From contig OZ281500.1 in the NCBI GenBank assembly GCA_965637545.1, positions 9,486,001-9,550,000 of the forward strand: a stretch of DNA of 64,000 nucleotides. The letters are read 5' to 3'. Shown piece after piece: positions 37,001 to 49,200 of the stretch; positions within the stretch are counted from its first letter, which is position 1, and each line of letters opens with the position of its first letter. The notes beneath the pieces are model-generated. The model did no database searches and was not told the origin of the DNA. It was given only the letters and a program-made list of their open reading frames with translations. The translations under genes were made by a program, and so were the position numbers. Origin of the DNA: Phallusia mammillata. Lineage: Eukaryota.

Positions 37001-40000
37001 ATTGTACATTATATGCTTAATCGTCTTTTTAATTATAATGACTTCATTGATTAAGCACTACCATTAAGCCGCTGCACCTGTGCACATAAGCAACCTTACG
37101 TTTTGTCTTTTCCTGTTTCAGGTATTGTCATTCCACCGGTCATGTGCATCGGGCTTTTGTCGGGGGGAATTATTGTCAATAGACTCAAGTGGACAAAAGA
37201 TGAAATCCTTCGCTTCATCGTAATATGCGGAGTTGTTGCTTTAATTCCCATCGTTGCCGTTTACTTCATATCCTGCACCCCGGTCGATCCGGTTAGTCCT
37301 GTTCGTTTTTTGTGTTTATTTGTTTTACCTGATAAAAGCCCATGTTTTTTTAATATAAAAAGGATAACCAAACGTAAATGCCATGCCAAGCGTAGTGGTA
37401 TACTGTATTTACGATGAAATAATTTTCAGGGCAAACCATCGGAGTTACAAATAATTTGTAGTGCACATATTATAGTGTGTTTTGTGGTGTGTTTCTGTTG
37501 CTTACGTTTGGTCATTACCTATATATGCTTTCATAGAAGTAAGCTTATTTACAGTTAGTGTATAAGGTAATCAAATTCTTAAAATTCCGCTTTAACCTAC
37601 AGTCTTTGTTCTTTTAGCCTTTTGGCAATGGCCAGATAAGCAAGCTTGACAGATTCTGTAAAAATATTTCTTTTTTAAATCCGTTGTAACAAAAAGGCAT
37701 GAGTGTGAACTAATCTTAAACAAATGCTTTTTATCGCGGTTCTCATTAAAGTTATAGACTTCTTTAGTTTTCAATGTTGACATTTTAAACCCTCGGTGGT
37801 TTTAAACAATGTAACGACGCTTCTTGTCCTATCCTGTTTTTTAATAGCAAAAAATACTTGACTTTGGCTTTCGATTCCCAATGTCTCATGGAAATAAAGT
37901 CGTCCAGGATCCGATAGTTTTTCTCGTCAACTACATCCTAGTTGCAGTCATTGTTGGAATGAATACCACTTGTGTTGGGCCCATAAACGATGTCCTAACA
38001 AGGTTTTATCCACAGGTGCCGACAGAATTGACTTGTTTATGATATTTGTGTCTTTGGCGAACAGTATGCCTAGCCTTGCAACTGTGGGGGTTGCCTATCG
38101 ATGGGGATACGCGTTAACCTTGTGTGACTGGGGCGTTTTTGGTGCTTTTGCAATTTTCTTCCAGTCGCTTATTGTTCAAAATTCAGCAACATGGTTTCAG
38201 ATTAAAGAGGTGCTTGTGGCTATCTCGTTGATGAGTGTTGTCTGTAAAATAGGAATGGGTATTGGATATTGGGTATTTGCTGTTTCGGTAGTCTTATACA
38301 TCCTTATTGATTGTTGTTACGGCTACCGGGTGTATTTAAGCGACTAACGTCCGAAGCCACCAGGGTATGCACAGCCCTTTATTAGAGCTGCAACAAAGTT
38401 ATTAGAGCTGCAACAAGGTATAAAAATATGTCTTTCGTCAATGCCTGCAGCAAATCAGCTTCCTTGTGACTTGTTAAAACAAGAAGAATTTGTCCTTGTG
38501 ACATTTGCATTGGCTTCTACACATTGCTTTTCGAGAACCAACCTAACACGTTTGTCTTCTGTATTGCATGCTCCTTTTTCGAGCGAGAGTCATATTAACA
38601 CTGTATCAGGAAACTTCGTTGTTGACTACTACTTCTCTTTCACAATTGGAGTTTTTCTGGTCGGTCCCCTGATGAGTAAATTTAAAAGCTTTAAGACAAT
38701 GGCAATGATAGGCTGCTGTTGGGACGTTTTTACGTTTATTCCAACGCTGGTTGGCATCCGAAAGAAAGGTATGTGGCCTGTTACGCGAAGTTACGTCCTA
38801 AACCAGCAACACGGGTAGTATTGTTTGTCCTCCCGCCAAGCAGCTTTAGCTTTAGTGCTCATAAATCGTTTCTATAATAATACTGGCGTTGAAGAAAGTC
38901 AAATTGCTTCGTTCGCAAGCTGACGAGAGTGAAGACCAACCGTTGCGCCAAAAGTAAACAATGAAGTGTTTGCTCAACTCAGTATACAATTTGGATTCTC
39001 GTGCAACCTATACGCTGTTGTGATAAGACCACAGCTTCCTAACCTGAGGTTCTCTTGCAAGATTTCTTTGTCGGTCGATGGCAGCTACGTCCATTCACTT
39101 CAATAGGATTATTCTTAATTATCATGAGCTTGCTTGAATCTCTTTTCGCTATGCGTCTAACTTACGTTTTGTGGCAATATTAGACCGTTTTTGTGAGGCA
39201 ACAGCTCTTGAAACTCAATTGCATCAGTTAAAAACATATTTGAAATCCAATTGTAGAGTTGCTATTTTTTGCTATTTAAATTTTAGACCAATATTTTAGA
39301 GCAAACATGTTTTGTAATAAATGAACATTACAAAACATGTTTTATTGCGACATATTTCAAGCAGCCAGTATACGACATTGTGCTTTTTGTGACAGGTACT
39401 CCTTGCATTTTGTAAGTCAATAACCAACGAAGTATAGTTTAAATATATTTCTTTTTATGGTCTGTTTCTTTGTTATCAACCCAGCATTATACTATAGCTT
39501 TAACTTTCTTTCAAACGCAATGATTTGCGGACCATTTAAATTTTGTTTTAAGATTCCAGCGAGTCGTTATGCAATGTAGTAGTTAGCCAGGACCACCAAA
39601 GTTAAACAAGTCTGCCAAATGACACATGAGTGGTAACAGAAAGTTAAATAAGCAATTATGCTTGTACCGTTGCGTTTTACGTTTAGAATGACTTGAATTT
39701 GGAAAATATCAATGTGGAAAAAGTTTTGATTTTTAGAGAACTGTGCTCAGGTTCACTGAAACCCATGACGACAAAGCAAACTGGAAATTGTCTTTTATCG
39801 CCCGATCTGTTTTACATCTGGATCTGGTACTACATTTAATCGAAAATTAACGCCACGACAAGGCGATAAACAAATAGAAAGCAATTGTTAACGCTTTTTC
39901 GGAACACATATTCCGATAATGTTGTTTTAGTAATATATGTTAACATAAGCAGTCCCGCCCTTCACATTAAACAGTCAATTATGTTTGTATGATTAATTTT

Positions 40001-41709
40001 ACTGTTTTGAGCCTGCAAAGTGTGCAGCAGAAAAGTTCGTTTCTTGGTGTGCCATAAGCACCGAAACGGTCCCCCAAATTTCTCCAGCGGTTTCCCAAAA
40101 TTTGGGAAAAAGCAAATATGGCTATTTTTTGGTATTTAAATGAAACACTTGCGGTCTCTTAAAACTACTTAGCTCACCCAAACCAAACCTTAAAAAAACC
40201 CTGGCTGTGATATACGTGTTGTTCATTTCATCAAACGGTTTGACAGCTAGACACACCAAACCATTTTTAGGAATTAATTCCCACTACAAAGTTACACACC
40301 CACTGACATAAACCCGCGGGAAGAAAGGCCACTTTATATCTACGACATTAAGCTTGCTATGACTACTTCACGTGAAGTAATGGTTTTGACATAAGCACTT
40401 ATTTCGCGGAAACAGGGTTCTCGCAATGACGTTATGTCTTCTCTTTTTGAAATTAATTGCAGGATTGCAAGAACATGAACTTCACGTTGGGGGCCATGGA
40501 CGGACCAACGCAAGTCATAAACTGTCAATCAGATTGCGATTCAATGACGGTGGTTTTCGTCATCGTGACGTCAATCGCAGCGTTAATTGCGGCCAACATG
40601 GTGACGCCAATATACACGGTCGTACTAAGGTAAGAGTTCGATTGGCACTTGTCGGCTCTAACTGGGACTTTTTGCATTGATAGTTTTGCTATATTTCTCT
40701 TTAGACTCACTAAAAATGTGTATGTCTGAAGCAGTGGTGAAAAATCATGGCATAGTTTCCAAATCGTTGCACAGTCTAACCTAGCTTAAAAATCTGCTTC
40801 TGTTCGCAGGTCCGTGGCGGCTGAAGATAAATGCACCGCAATCGGTGTCATGTTTCTCGTCATCCGAGTCCTAGGTAAGTTGTTTGTTCGTTAGTTTACA
40901 TTCATATTGCTTGAATCTAGGATCTGCGCTTAAAAAAACCGCCAGTGACACACGAATGTTTTTTGTTTTTAATCTTCGTTCGTGACACAAAACAGAGTAA
41001 AACCTGTGTGTGGCCCGTCCGTATTTACCGTTTGTCAATCTTATCGTAATTAAGAAAGCTGTGTTATCAACTCAAAGTCAACATTTTTTGAGGCTATATG
41101 TCAAGTTTTAAGTTTATAAATGTAAGGCGCCTGGCAAAAGCTACTAAAACCAAATTTGGAAGGAGTTTTTTTTAAGTCAGGAAGCTTCAATTAAAAAAAA
41201 TCCCCAAAACAAGCAACGTAATTAAATTTATAAAAGTATGGTGCTATCTCCGAGCAATTTGTTTTTGGTAGTTTTGCTGCATCAGGACTGACCTGTATTG
41301 TTTGTTGCAGGCCTTGTTCCGGCTCCAATAGTGACCGGTGCTGTGATTGACAGCACATGTTTACAGTGGAAGCAAGAATGTGGCGATGCTACGAAAAACT
41401 GCATAGCCTATGATGTCAACCGCTTCAGGTGTGGTAACAGATAGAGTTTCTGCCTTCAAGTTAATTAGCTGGCGTGTTTTCGCATACATATAACTATTTG
41501 CTTTGTTTTGTAGGTTGAGCTTCATCACCATTCTCCTTCTTGGAATCTTTGTCTGTTTGCTCTTCAACTTTTTTGCCTACGTTATTGTTCGGCGCAAAAA
41601 CCGCACAGACTCCGGATCCGGCTCACTGTGTTCAGCTTTGCACGCATGCAGATGTTACTTTCGTAACTGGCGCGGCAATTCCGAATCAAATGGGGAAGTG
41701 CATGTTTAG
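28032..41709 (+). CDS. SLCO: Organic anion transporting polypeptide (OATP/SLCO family), 12 coding exons identified
   Basis: Exons 28032-28259, 31025-31152, 31832-31952, 32557-32641, 33564-33662, 34238-34564, 35557-35721, 37122-37291, 40463-40629, 40810-40874, 41311-41428 and 41514-41709 are in phase. Family motifs: TNIEKRFEISSSLAGFIVGSFNIGNLL, HRPRIMALG, SYIDDF, YVDFD, WIGAWWLGY, LLLFPKRLP, PAPIVTGAVIDSTCLQW...CG....C..YD. Confidence 0.93.
29302..30320 (+). mobile_element. Helentron/HINE-like non-autonomous element with a tandem-repeat core (OATP intron 1)
   Basis: Starts ttattattttattat, then a perfect 9-bp hairpin gtccccttc-tat-gaaggggac (29319-29339), a T-rich microsatellite, two ~303-bp tandem units (about 29420-30025) and a distal cagacag/ggacagac tract. 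The family call rests on architecture only, and the right boundary is uncertain. Confidence 0.5.
30567..30604. repeat. 20-bp tandem duplication
   Basis: ttcacaaagacggtgccg occurs twice with period 20. Confidence 0.9.
31284..31369. repeat. ~26-28-bp minisatellite, 3 copies
   Basis: tgtgacgttataaggcactg occurs three times. Confidence 0.9.
37881..38950 (+). pseudogene. Decayed intronless MFS-type transporter-like coding relic nested in OATP intron 8
   Basis: Consecutive hydrophobic segments across shifted frames: MSHGNKVVQDPIVFLVNYILVAVIVGMNTTCVGP..., FMIFVSLANSMPSLATVGVAYRWGYALTL (resembles MFS motif A) and YYFSFTIGVFLVGPLMSK. They are broken by a frameshift near 38020, by stops, and by a 20-bp tandem duplication at 38379-38416. 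Confidence 0.4.
40059..40200 (-). repeat. Dispersed ~145-bp repeat, copy 2 (inverted relative to 14344-14488)
   Basis: Near-identical reverse complement of 14344-14488. Confidence 0.85.
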
Positions 41710-43263
41710 CGGTCGTACTGGGGCCGAAAAACCGCAGAGGAAAGGAGGTGACGTCAACTAAAGGCGTAATTAGGCACAAACTTGACGCCAATATCCCTGC
41801 TATACCAGGCCAATGTCAGCTGTGCCTTACCATATTGGAAAGTGAGAATAATTGCCGTCGAACTGCTGGAGACAATTCTTCTGGGTTAGCGCGAAGTTTA
41901 CGACCACATCTTTTACATGTATGTGGATTATTGATTCAGAGAAATTTTGTTACCCAAGGCAAAACGTATAAGGCTCTCTCTTCAAAAATGCCGCACGGTG
42001 ACATGTTGGATTTTTGTTTTAAGTGCAAGATAAGATCAGCCAAACGCAAATTTAATAGAAGCAACCGGTTACGGCCACCTGCACGTCTAGCCCACCGATT
42101 TCAAAGTCCACGAAGCATGTCCAAACCATTTCCCATATCCATTTGTTTAAAGCACTGCTGCTTCTTACTTATACAGTAAAAGCGGCACAAAACGTTTATT
42201 GGATTATGTTTAATAGCGGAACGCCACATGACAATGCACATCGGAAACCAACCGAGATCCAGGCAATGTCGCTACAATGTGCTTGACTGCTGTGTAGTTG
42301 ATGATGACAAATCTCGACCTTTTTTATTTTCCTAGACACTATGGTACTAAGGCTATGATTTCAGCATTATTTTCCGTTCTTGTTCGTCCACTGTGCACCA
42401 GTTTCAAGCATCGGCGAGACTAAATAATATGTTGTTTTGCATCTTGCCAAAATGCAGCCTATGTTTCAATTGACGCTTTTTGCTTTTCATTTGTACGCGT
42501 TAAGAATTTTTGATAAACCTGAATCACTCTGATATCTTACAAAAGACTTTTTGCTTGTAACTTTTTGAAGTAGATTTGGGCGAAGGCATATTTAGCCAAT
42601 AGCTTATTTGCATCAAAACTCGGTAGAACAAAACCGGACGAAAGTCATTTTTACGTGTGTATGCAATTAAAAAACTAGGGGTAGGCAGACAGTTACAAGC
42701 AAATTTCATTTATGTGCCTTATGTGTGTTATAAGTCTGGTAGACTAAAAATTATCACTGAAAAGTTCGTCTGACACGCTGTGCAAACGCATAGATTAATT
42801 TCTGAGAGACTTTTCCAAACATTATAGAATATGTAGGCTGTTGACGGTTCATGGACCAAGTCCGCTTTGAACATTGTAACAATCACGCAACCTGTTTTTT
42901 TTTAAATATGTGCATCAACACTTTATACAGTATTGTCTTCTTTTAGCTTTTTGTTGCCTAAATGTGTTTGTTTTTCTTGATAATAAAGCGAACACGGCAA
43001 TTATATACCGTGAAATTTGCAAAGACGACAAACTGAAATAAAACATCGCTCTTTCAACGATACTTCTTGTTATAGAATGCGAGGTCAGGTTGGGTATAGC
43101 GCATCAACACAACAAAATATAAAATATAGAAAGATCTGACAAAAGTAGAAAAATACAAATCTAAGCGAGACATAACAATCTGAATTTGTTCACAGTTGAC
43201 GTAAGAACATCAAAAAATATTTAACAAAACAAATGTTATACAGTGTTAAAAAGTTGTGGTATA

Positions 43264-46200
43264 TTAAAGTTGACGTTTGCTTTTTGTTCTCGGGCGCGAA
43301 GAACGTGGCTTTTGACGCGCCGATGACGTCATACTGCTTGTGTCGGTGTCGTCATCCTCGCTGACCAAGAATGCGATGGGAGCTATTCCACGTTTCTTTC
43401 CCACCTACCAAATGATAAGCATGTTTATTCAACGCAGACAAAAACAAGGCAAAATAGGCAAATGCAAGTTCAAATGCGTGCAAAATATCTAAAGTTGGGA
43501 CGTTTATACGTTAAATCAAAAGCACTTGTTAACCAGCCATAAATGTCAGCATAATCCTAAAGGGTGATTTTCTGCCGGCAAACGCGGTAAGAAGATTGCA
43601 CAAATAGGACTTTATCTGTACACCCGCTGGCTTATCTTTTGTCACGGCTTTTTGGCAACGAAATGATGATGGATGAATAAAGCCGCACGGTCTTACCATT
43701 TTAGTGCAGTTTGCATTTTTTCGCAGGCTATTTCTTTTGTTACCTGACACGTTTCAACATTACAAAAACTATTCTAATTGGAAACAAATATTACAGAAAA
43801 CTATTGAAAGCAAATTTTAGACAATATTGTGTAGTGTAGGGCAAGGGTCGGCAACCTTTTTTGCTCTGCGGTCCGTTTTCAAAAATAAAATTTTATCGCG
43901 GCAAACGCCTAAGTTAGTTTATCATCCCCGGGATATACGGGCAAAATGTTAAACCTGAAAAAGAATACGGCCTGGTAACGAACTCCTCGCGGACCGTCAG
44001 CGGGCCGCGGACCGGCGGTTGCCGACCATTGGAGGCTTCCACAAACTTAGGAAGAATTCCTGATAACAATCACTGACAGCGATTCGGGTGCACCACTTAT
44101 TGCCAAAAATACTTCGAAATGTTATGGGAGATCGAATTTGATCCTTCAACACACGATACGTCTGCACCAATACGCTTGGGAAGTCGTTTTGGAAGAGTGA
44201 CAAAGTCAAATTAACTGTGAAATTGCTAAGTTTCGAAAGCACGCACCTGAACGTCGCAAAATCCATCGGGTCTCGGGGATCCTAACACTAGGACAGGAGA
44301 TCCCTTGTTGAGTCCAATCTCCTCATCGTGCGACTTGTACGGGCTATCCACAGCAGGATCGTAGTCGTACAATGCTGTGGCACGTCGTATTGGACTTCCG
44401 AATAGGTTTTCACTTGCGCTCTGCTTGAAAAATTATATGGGCGTGCGACAAATGGAAATTAAACTTGACAGTCCCGGAAAAAGCGGCACAGTTTCTGTTG
44501 ACTTAACCGTTATGCTGGTTGCATTTTGGCGTCGCCGGCCGATTTCAGGAAATGTTTTTGACCGAGCCCCGCTGAAATGTAATTTATCACATATGCTGCT
44601 GCCGTGCAGTTCAAAAGTACAAAAGTAGAAACAGTGCATTTTTAAGAGAACTCTGCATACCTTTAGTAAAGGAAAATTGGGCGCTACCACGACAAAACCG
44701 AATGTTTTTGTCTTGTGACGTTTACATTTTTTCCAATTGACACATCAGGTAACTTCAATCAACCGCATAAACGTCCTTTAACCCAGGGAGTCGGAACTAA
44801 ATCCGAACCCGCAAACAAGTTTGAACGGTTGAACTTCACTAATCCCGAGCCGAACCAAACTGTAAATTTCATTTTTTTAAAACCTGAACCGGGGTTAAAC
44901 CCTATGTTTTGTTTGGCTTTGAACCACAACTGGAACCGAACCAGTCAAAAAGGGAGGTCTGAACGAGTAATTTTGCCTGAACCGGTACAAACCTGATAAT
45001 ATACATATTTTGAACATGCACCGAACCCAAACCCCTAAAAACAATAGAAAGTGAACCTGAACCGAACCCGAACTCATATAACAAGTGGTTTGGCTCCTTG
45101 TGTTTTAACACACAAAAGTAAACGTGCAACGAAGCAGACCTTTAAGTGGCCAACGCTGCCATTACGAGGGGTTCTACCTCCCTCGCCTGATTTGGCAAAC
45201 GAAACCACCAGGAACGAGGAATGCGCGAATGGGGCTGGTAAACAACTGACAAACACATGAATCAACGGCAATCCTCACGTAAATAGTTTACTACATGACC
45301 TAATATAGCCACTGATACCTTGTTACTTTGTTGTGGAGTGCTGGTCGACTGCATAACATCAGTGCCTGTTTGGTTAAATGAGCCGGCGAGTTCGGACTGT
45401 GCAGAAAAATCGGCATTCGGCGAGTACATGACCTCGGCCGGGCGTGACAGTGTTCCCACGGAGCTGACAGTTTTCACTTCAACGAGGAAGTTTCGAGTCA
45501 AGTCGAGGTCACCCAGGATCGCCTGTAATTCATTTTTTGGCAACCGTCACTAACAGTTGTCTGCTTGACAGCTTGCTGCTACAAATTTGTCTTTTGCCAG
45601 TGGTTGCCACCGTCGGCGCGTTTAAGCACAAGGGAACACTGATACCGATGGTTGATGGCCTGCCTGATATGGAGCAATGAGTTGATTGGGCAAAAGCATT
45701 TTTTTCAACGTCAAGATTACTATCCGTTACGCAAACACACGTCAGAACCCGATTTAGCATGATAAGTTTTTATCTGATTGAAATCATGCCACATACACCA
45801 AGGTTGTATATGCGAAAACACGTTTCCTAAACGTTATTGAAATTTGATTCATTTTCCAAAAATAATGTTCTACGAAGGTGTTGATAGGTAAACGACAGAA
45901 TGCACACAAAATTGCGCAAGTCGGCATGTTGTTTGGACAAAATACATGTTGTTCAGTAAAAGAAAAAAGCCTTGAAGTCGCACAGTGCTTGCTGATCTCA
46001 TTGTAACATTGAAGTGGATTAAAAGCTAAAACTGGCGCACATGGGCGTGGTACTTGAACATGCTAAAAGCGGTGATGCGAGTATCTCATAGCCTCTCATT
46101 AGTTAGGAAATCCGATAATTATTGTCTGATGCAACACCAGATAAAGAGCAAACGTCTGTGAGATGCCTCAATGTATATTGCTTATTGCACTTCAAAGAGA

Positions 46201-49200
46201 ACCCGAAACGAAACCCAGAGATTTGTCAAGTTCAGAAGCGGTAACAGTTGGTCCACTTGTTTTTCATTTTAGATAACGAGGCAAAGTATGCCAAATATTT
46301 GGCAACATTACAATTATTTAACTTCTTAAAACTTTTTTTTCAACACATCCCTACACTAGTGTACGGTGGTTTTAGTCTGTTTTTAATCAAATAGGGTTTA
46401 GATTTGAAGTATTTTCGAAGCAGTTTGGTTTGTCAAACGAAATATTGCTATATGAAACAGTATACACGGATCTGTTTGTAAGTTTATTGAGAAAATTAAC
46501 AGCCCAAATACACGTAAAAAGCGACGTGTTTTATTATTAAAACGTTTTGGCAAAAATATGATCATATCACTGAAGTTAGCATGAGCCGAAACGTTTGAAT
46601 GATAAAGTATGTCGCTTGGTTACATCTTTTAGGTCGTTATTTTCCCTATTTAATCTTGCTATGTTATGAAACACAAATTGCTAATGATTTAACCTTGTTA
46701 GAGTAGGCGCCAGAAATCTGTACTCGTCTCTCCCCGTCGATCGATATTTCGTATCCAATCACTGGGATTCCGTTGCTTCTGGAAATCTGTATGAGAGAGG
46801 CGGTTAAGATCAATGTTAAGTGATATCGGCCCAGACACGTTAATTCAATTGTATTCGATCGTAAAGGACGACATACCACGCTACAGACAGATATTAGCCC
46901 TAAAATGCAATAAGGTTTATTTAGGAGAATTACACCTTACGGGTTTTAGCTCGTAGTTGGACTTTGTCTTTTCAGATGTTGATATACTAATACCGCACCT
47001 TTACCCAAAGATCTTACTCTGATATGTGATAAGCTATCGTCGCACAAGGTAATACGTGTTCGCCGAAGGCGGTCACTCTGCATTAACACACACCATATCA
47101 AGCACAGGCGGCGTCCAGCTGATAATCATACTCTTCTGTCCCATTGTCTTCTCGATCACCACAAACGTCGGACTTCTCGGCGAAGAGAGGACGCGCGGTG
47201 GCGCTAAAGTGCGCTCAGTGCTGGCGTTCTTGTCACGCTTGCTACGCCTCTTCAATGACGAATGCTCGTCTCTGCGTGGTGGCAAAGAGGAAGAGCGGCG
47301 GGATTGCTTTTCAGGCAAGAGCAATGGAGTACTTGACCGGACATCGATGTCCAAATCGCGGCTGATTGGCAGCACGGGGCTGATGCTGCGCCGCGATGAC
47401 CTGCCGCTACTTCTTCTGGACCTTTCTAAATGACGTTTGCTCGGTGGTTCTTCTCCTTCGGCGCCTTTTTCGCTTGAGCGCGACTTCGGCTTCCTTGGCC
47501 ACTCGCCCATGAACGAAGGGGAATAAGATGTCGCTGATCGACAACCGTCATCGTCAATGGTCGCGGCCCGTCTGTCTTCGCCACGGTTTTCCTGGTACTT
47601 TGCCGTTGAAGAGGAATACGGTTTGGTGGAACTAAGCGGCGGCTGATTTATGTCACGTGCAGACGAATCGAACGAATTTGATCCCGCAGTCGATTTACTT
47701 GACCGAGAAACCCTAAACATGCAAAAAACGAATTTTGCCGGTGTAATTTTTACCATACTATGTATGTGCGAAAGGTTGTTGTTACCTGTCGATCTTGTCG
47801 GCCACTAACAGATGAGCTTGTTCGAGTTTTCGATACAAATCAACTATCTTCTCAGGACTTGAGCAGGGACTCTGGAAATAAAATGTATGCACCCAAGTTC
47901 GACCCAATTATTGTTAAGTCAAAACTTTATTCGACTGTACCTTTTTCTTTTTCGACTTTTCCTGTACGAACGCTTGCATTCCTTCGACCTGTTCAGCGGC
48001 CACAAGGTGAGCTAGAGGCACGAAACCAATCTTACCCCTAACCTCAGCAAGTTGATAAAGCTGTAAAACGTGTTTATCCGTTTGAGTTAAAGTTGCGCAA
48101 TTTAAGAAAAAATATGTATTTCGGATCAACTTTAATGAGTCATGTTGTACAAGTGTTACAAAGGGCACGAAAAATATTAAAACACAATTATCATACCTTT
48201 CCGTCCCCTCGCTTGTCTGGGTTACCAATAGCAACCACCGTGTCGCCAGCCAACACAGGTAGATCAGGGAGTAAGGAATGTGTTACTGGCGCTGTGGGGT
48301 CATCGTCTGAACGCGCCGAGGGGGCGTAATCCCTTTTGGCTACGAATATCCGATGAGTGGGCGGAGAAGGTGGTGACTTGCTGGATTTTTCCGTAAGCGA
48401 GCGAATGAGGGCAGAAGAAGGTCGCGGAGGTGAAATAAATTCTTTAAAAAAGGTGAATTTGTGTTGAAAAATGTCCGAAGTGATGCTTTTGCCATTAGTG
48501 GTATTTTTTGAACTTTTAATGAAATGTCGGGGTGTCTGAATTAGCCATGTAAAAATCCGGACAATAATGGTTTCAAGCTTTGGTGGATGAGTGATCCAGG
48601 TCAATGATCAAAATACGGAAATAGGTATTGTTAGTCAATACAACTTTTATGAGGTTGGCAATGAACCATATAGTACTTTACAAAATACTCACCGTTGCTT
48701 TTTCCTTTTTCGTCCTTTGAAGTTGTTGCAATCAAACTGTCTGCGTCCGACCAATCGCTATCCACCACGTTAGTGCGAATCAACGAATCAGCTTTCGCTA
48801 ACATTTGATCCAAGCCGACCGATGACGCAACTGAAATGTCATCATGCGATTCGCTTACGTCATCGCTGACGTCGTGCTTTTTCTTTCGAAGTTTTAATAC
48901 CAGTTTAGCCAGAAGCTGATCGCGCTCCAAACATTTGCGTTTAAGCTGAGATACTTTGGCCTGAAATTTACAAAAGCTTTAACTTGCGGTCGGAACATAA
49001 ATTGTATTTCTTTGGACTGCATTCACTTCTTTTCGTGTTTTAAAGGCATTGACTTGGTAAATGTTTGGTACGTTACAAATCTAACAAACTAAGCAGTGTT
49101 CAAGTATGAAACTATTGTTAATGTACCTTTTCGGGAGCTAATGTAAGCTCGGCGTCATGTTTCTTTAAAACAAGACTGGTAAACTAAAAAGCACAAATTG

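Noticed and set aside
39390-39830. Small AG...GT-bounded segments as candidate Kazal exons of the OATP
   Set aside because: None has the PVCG/SPC/AGC pattern, and their phases do not fit the phase-0 neighbours.
44433-44570. Possible extra RIMBP-like exon
   Set aside because: It has a stop in the required phase, and the flanking exons join directly in phase 0 (GHLK|QSASENLF).
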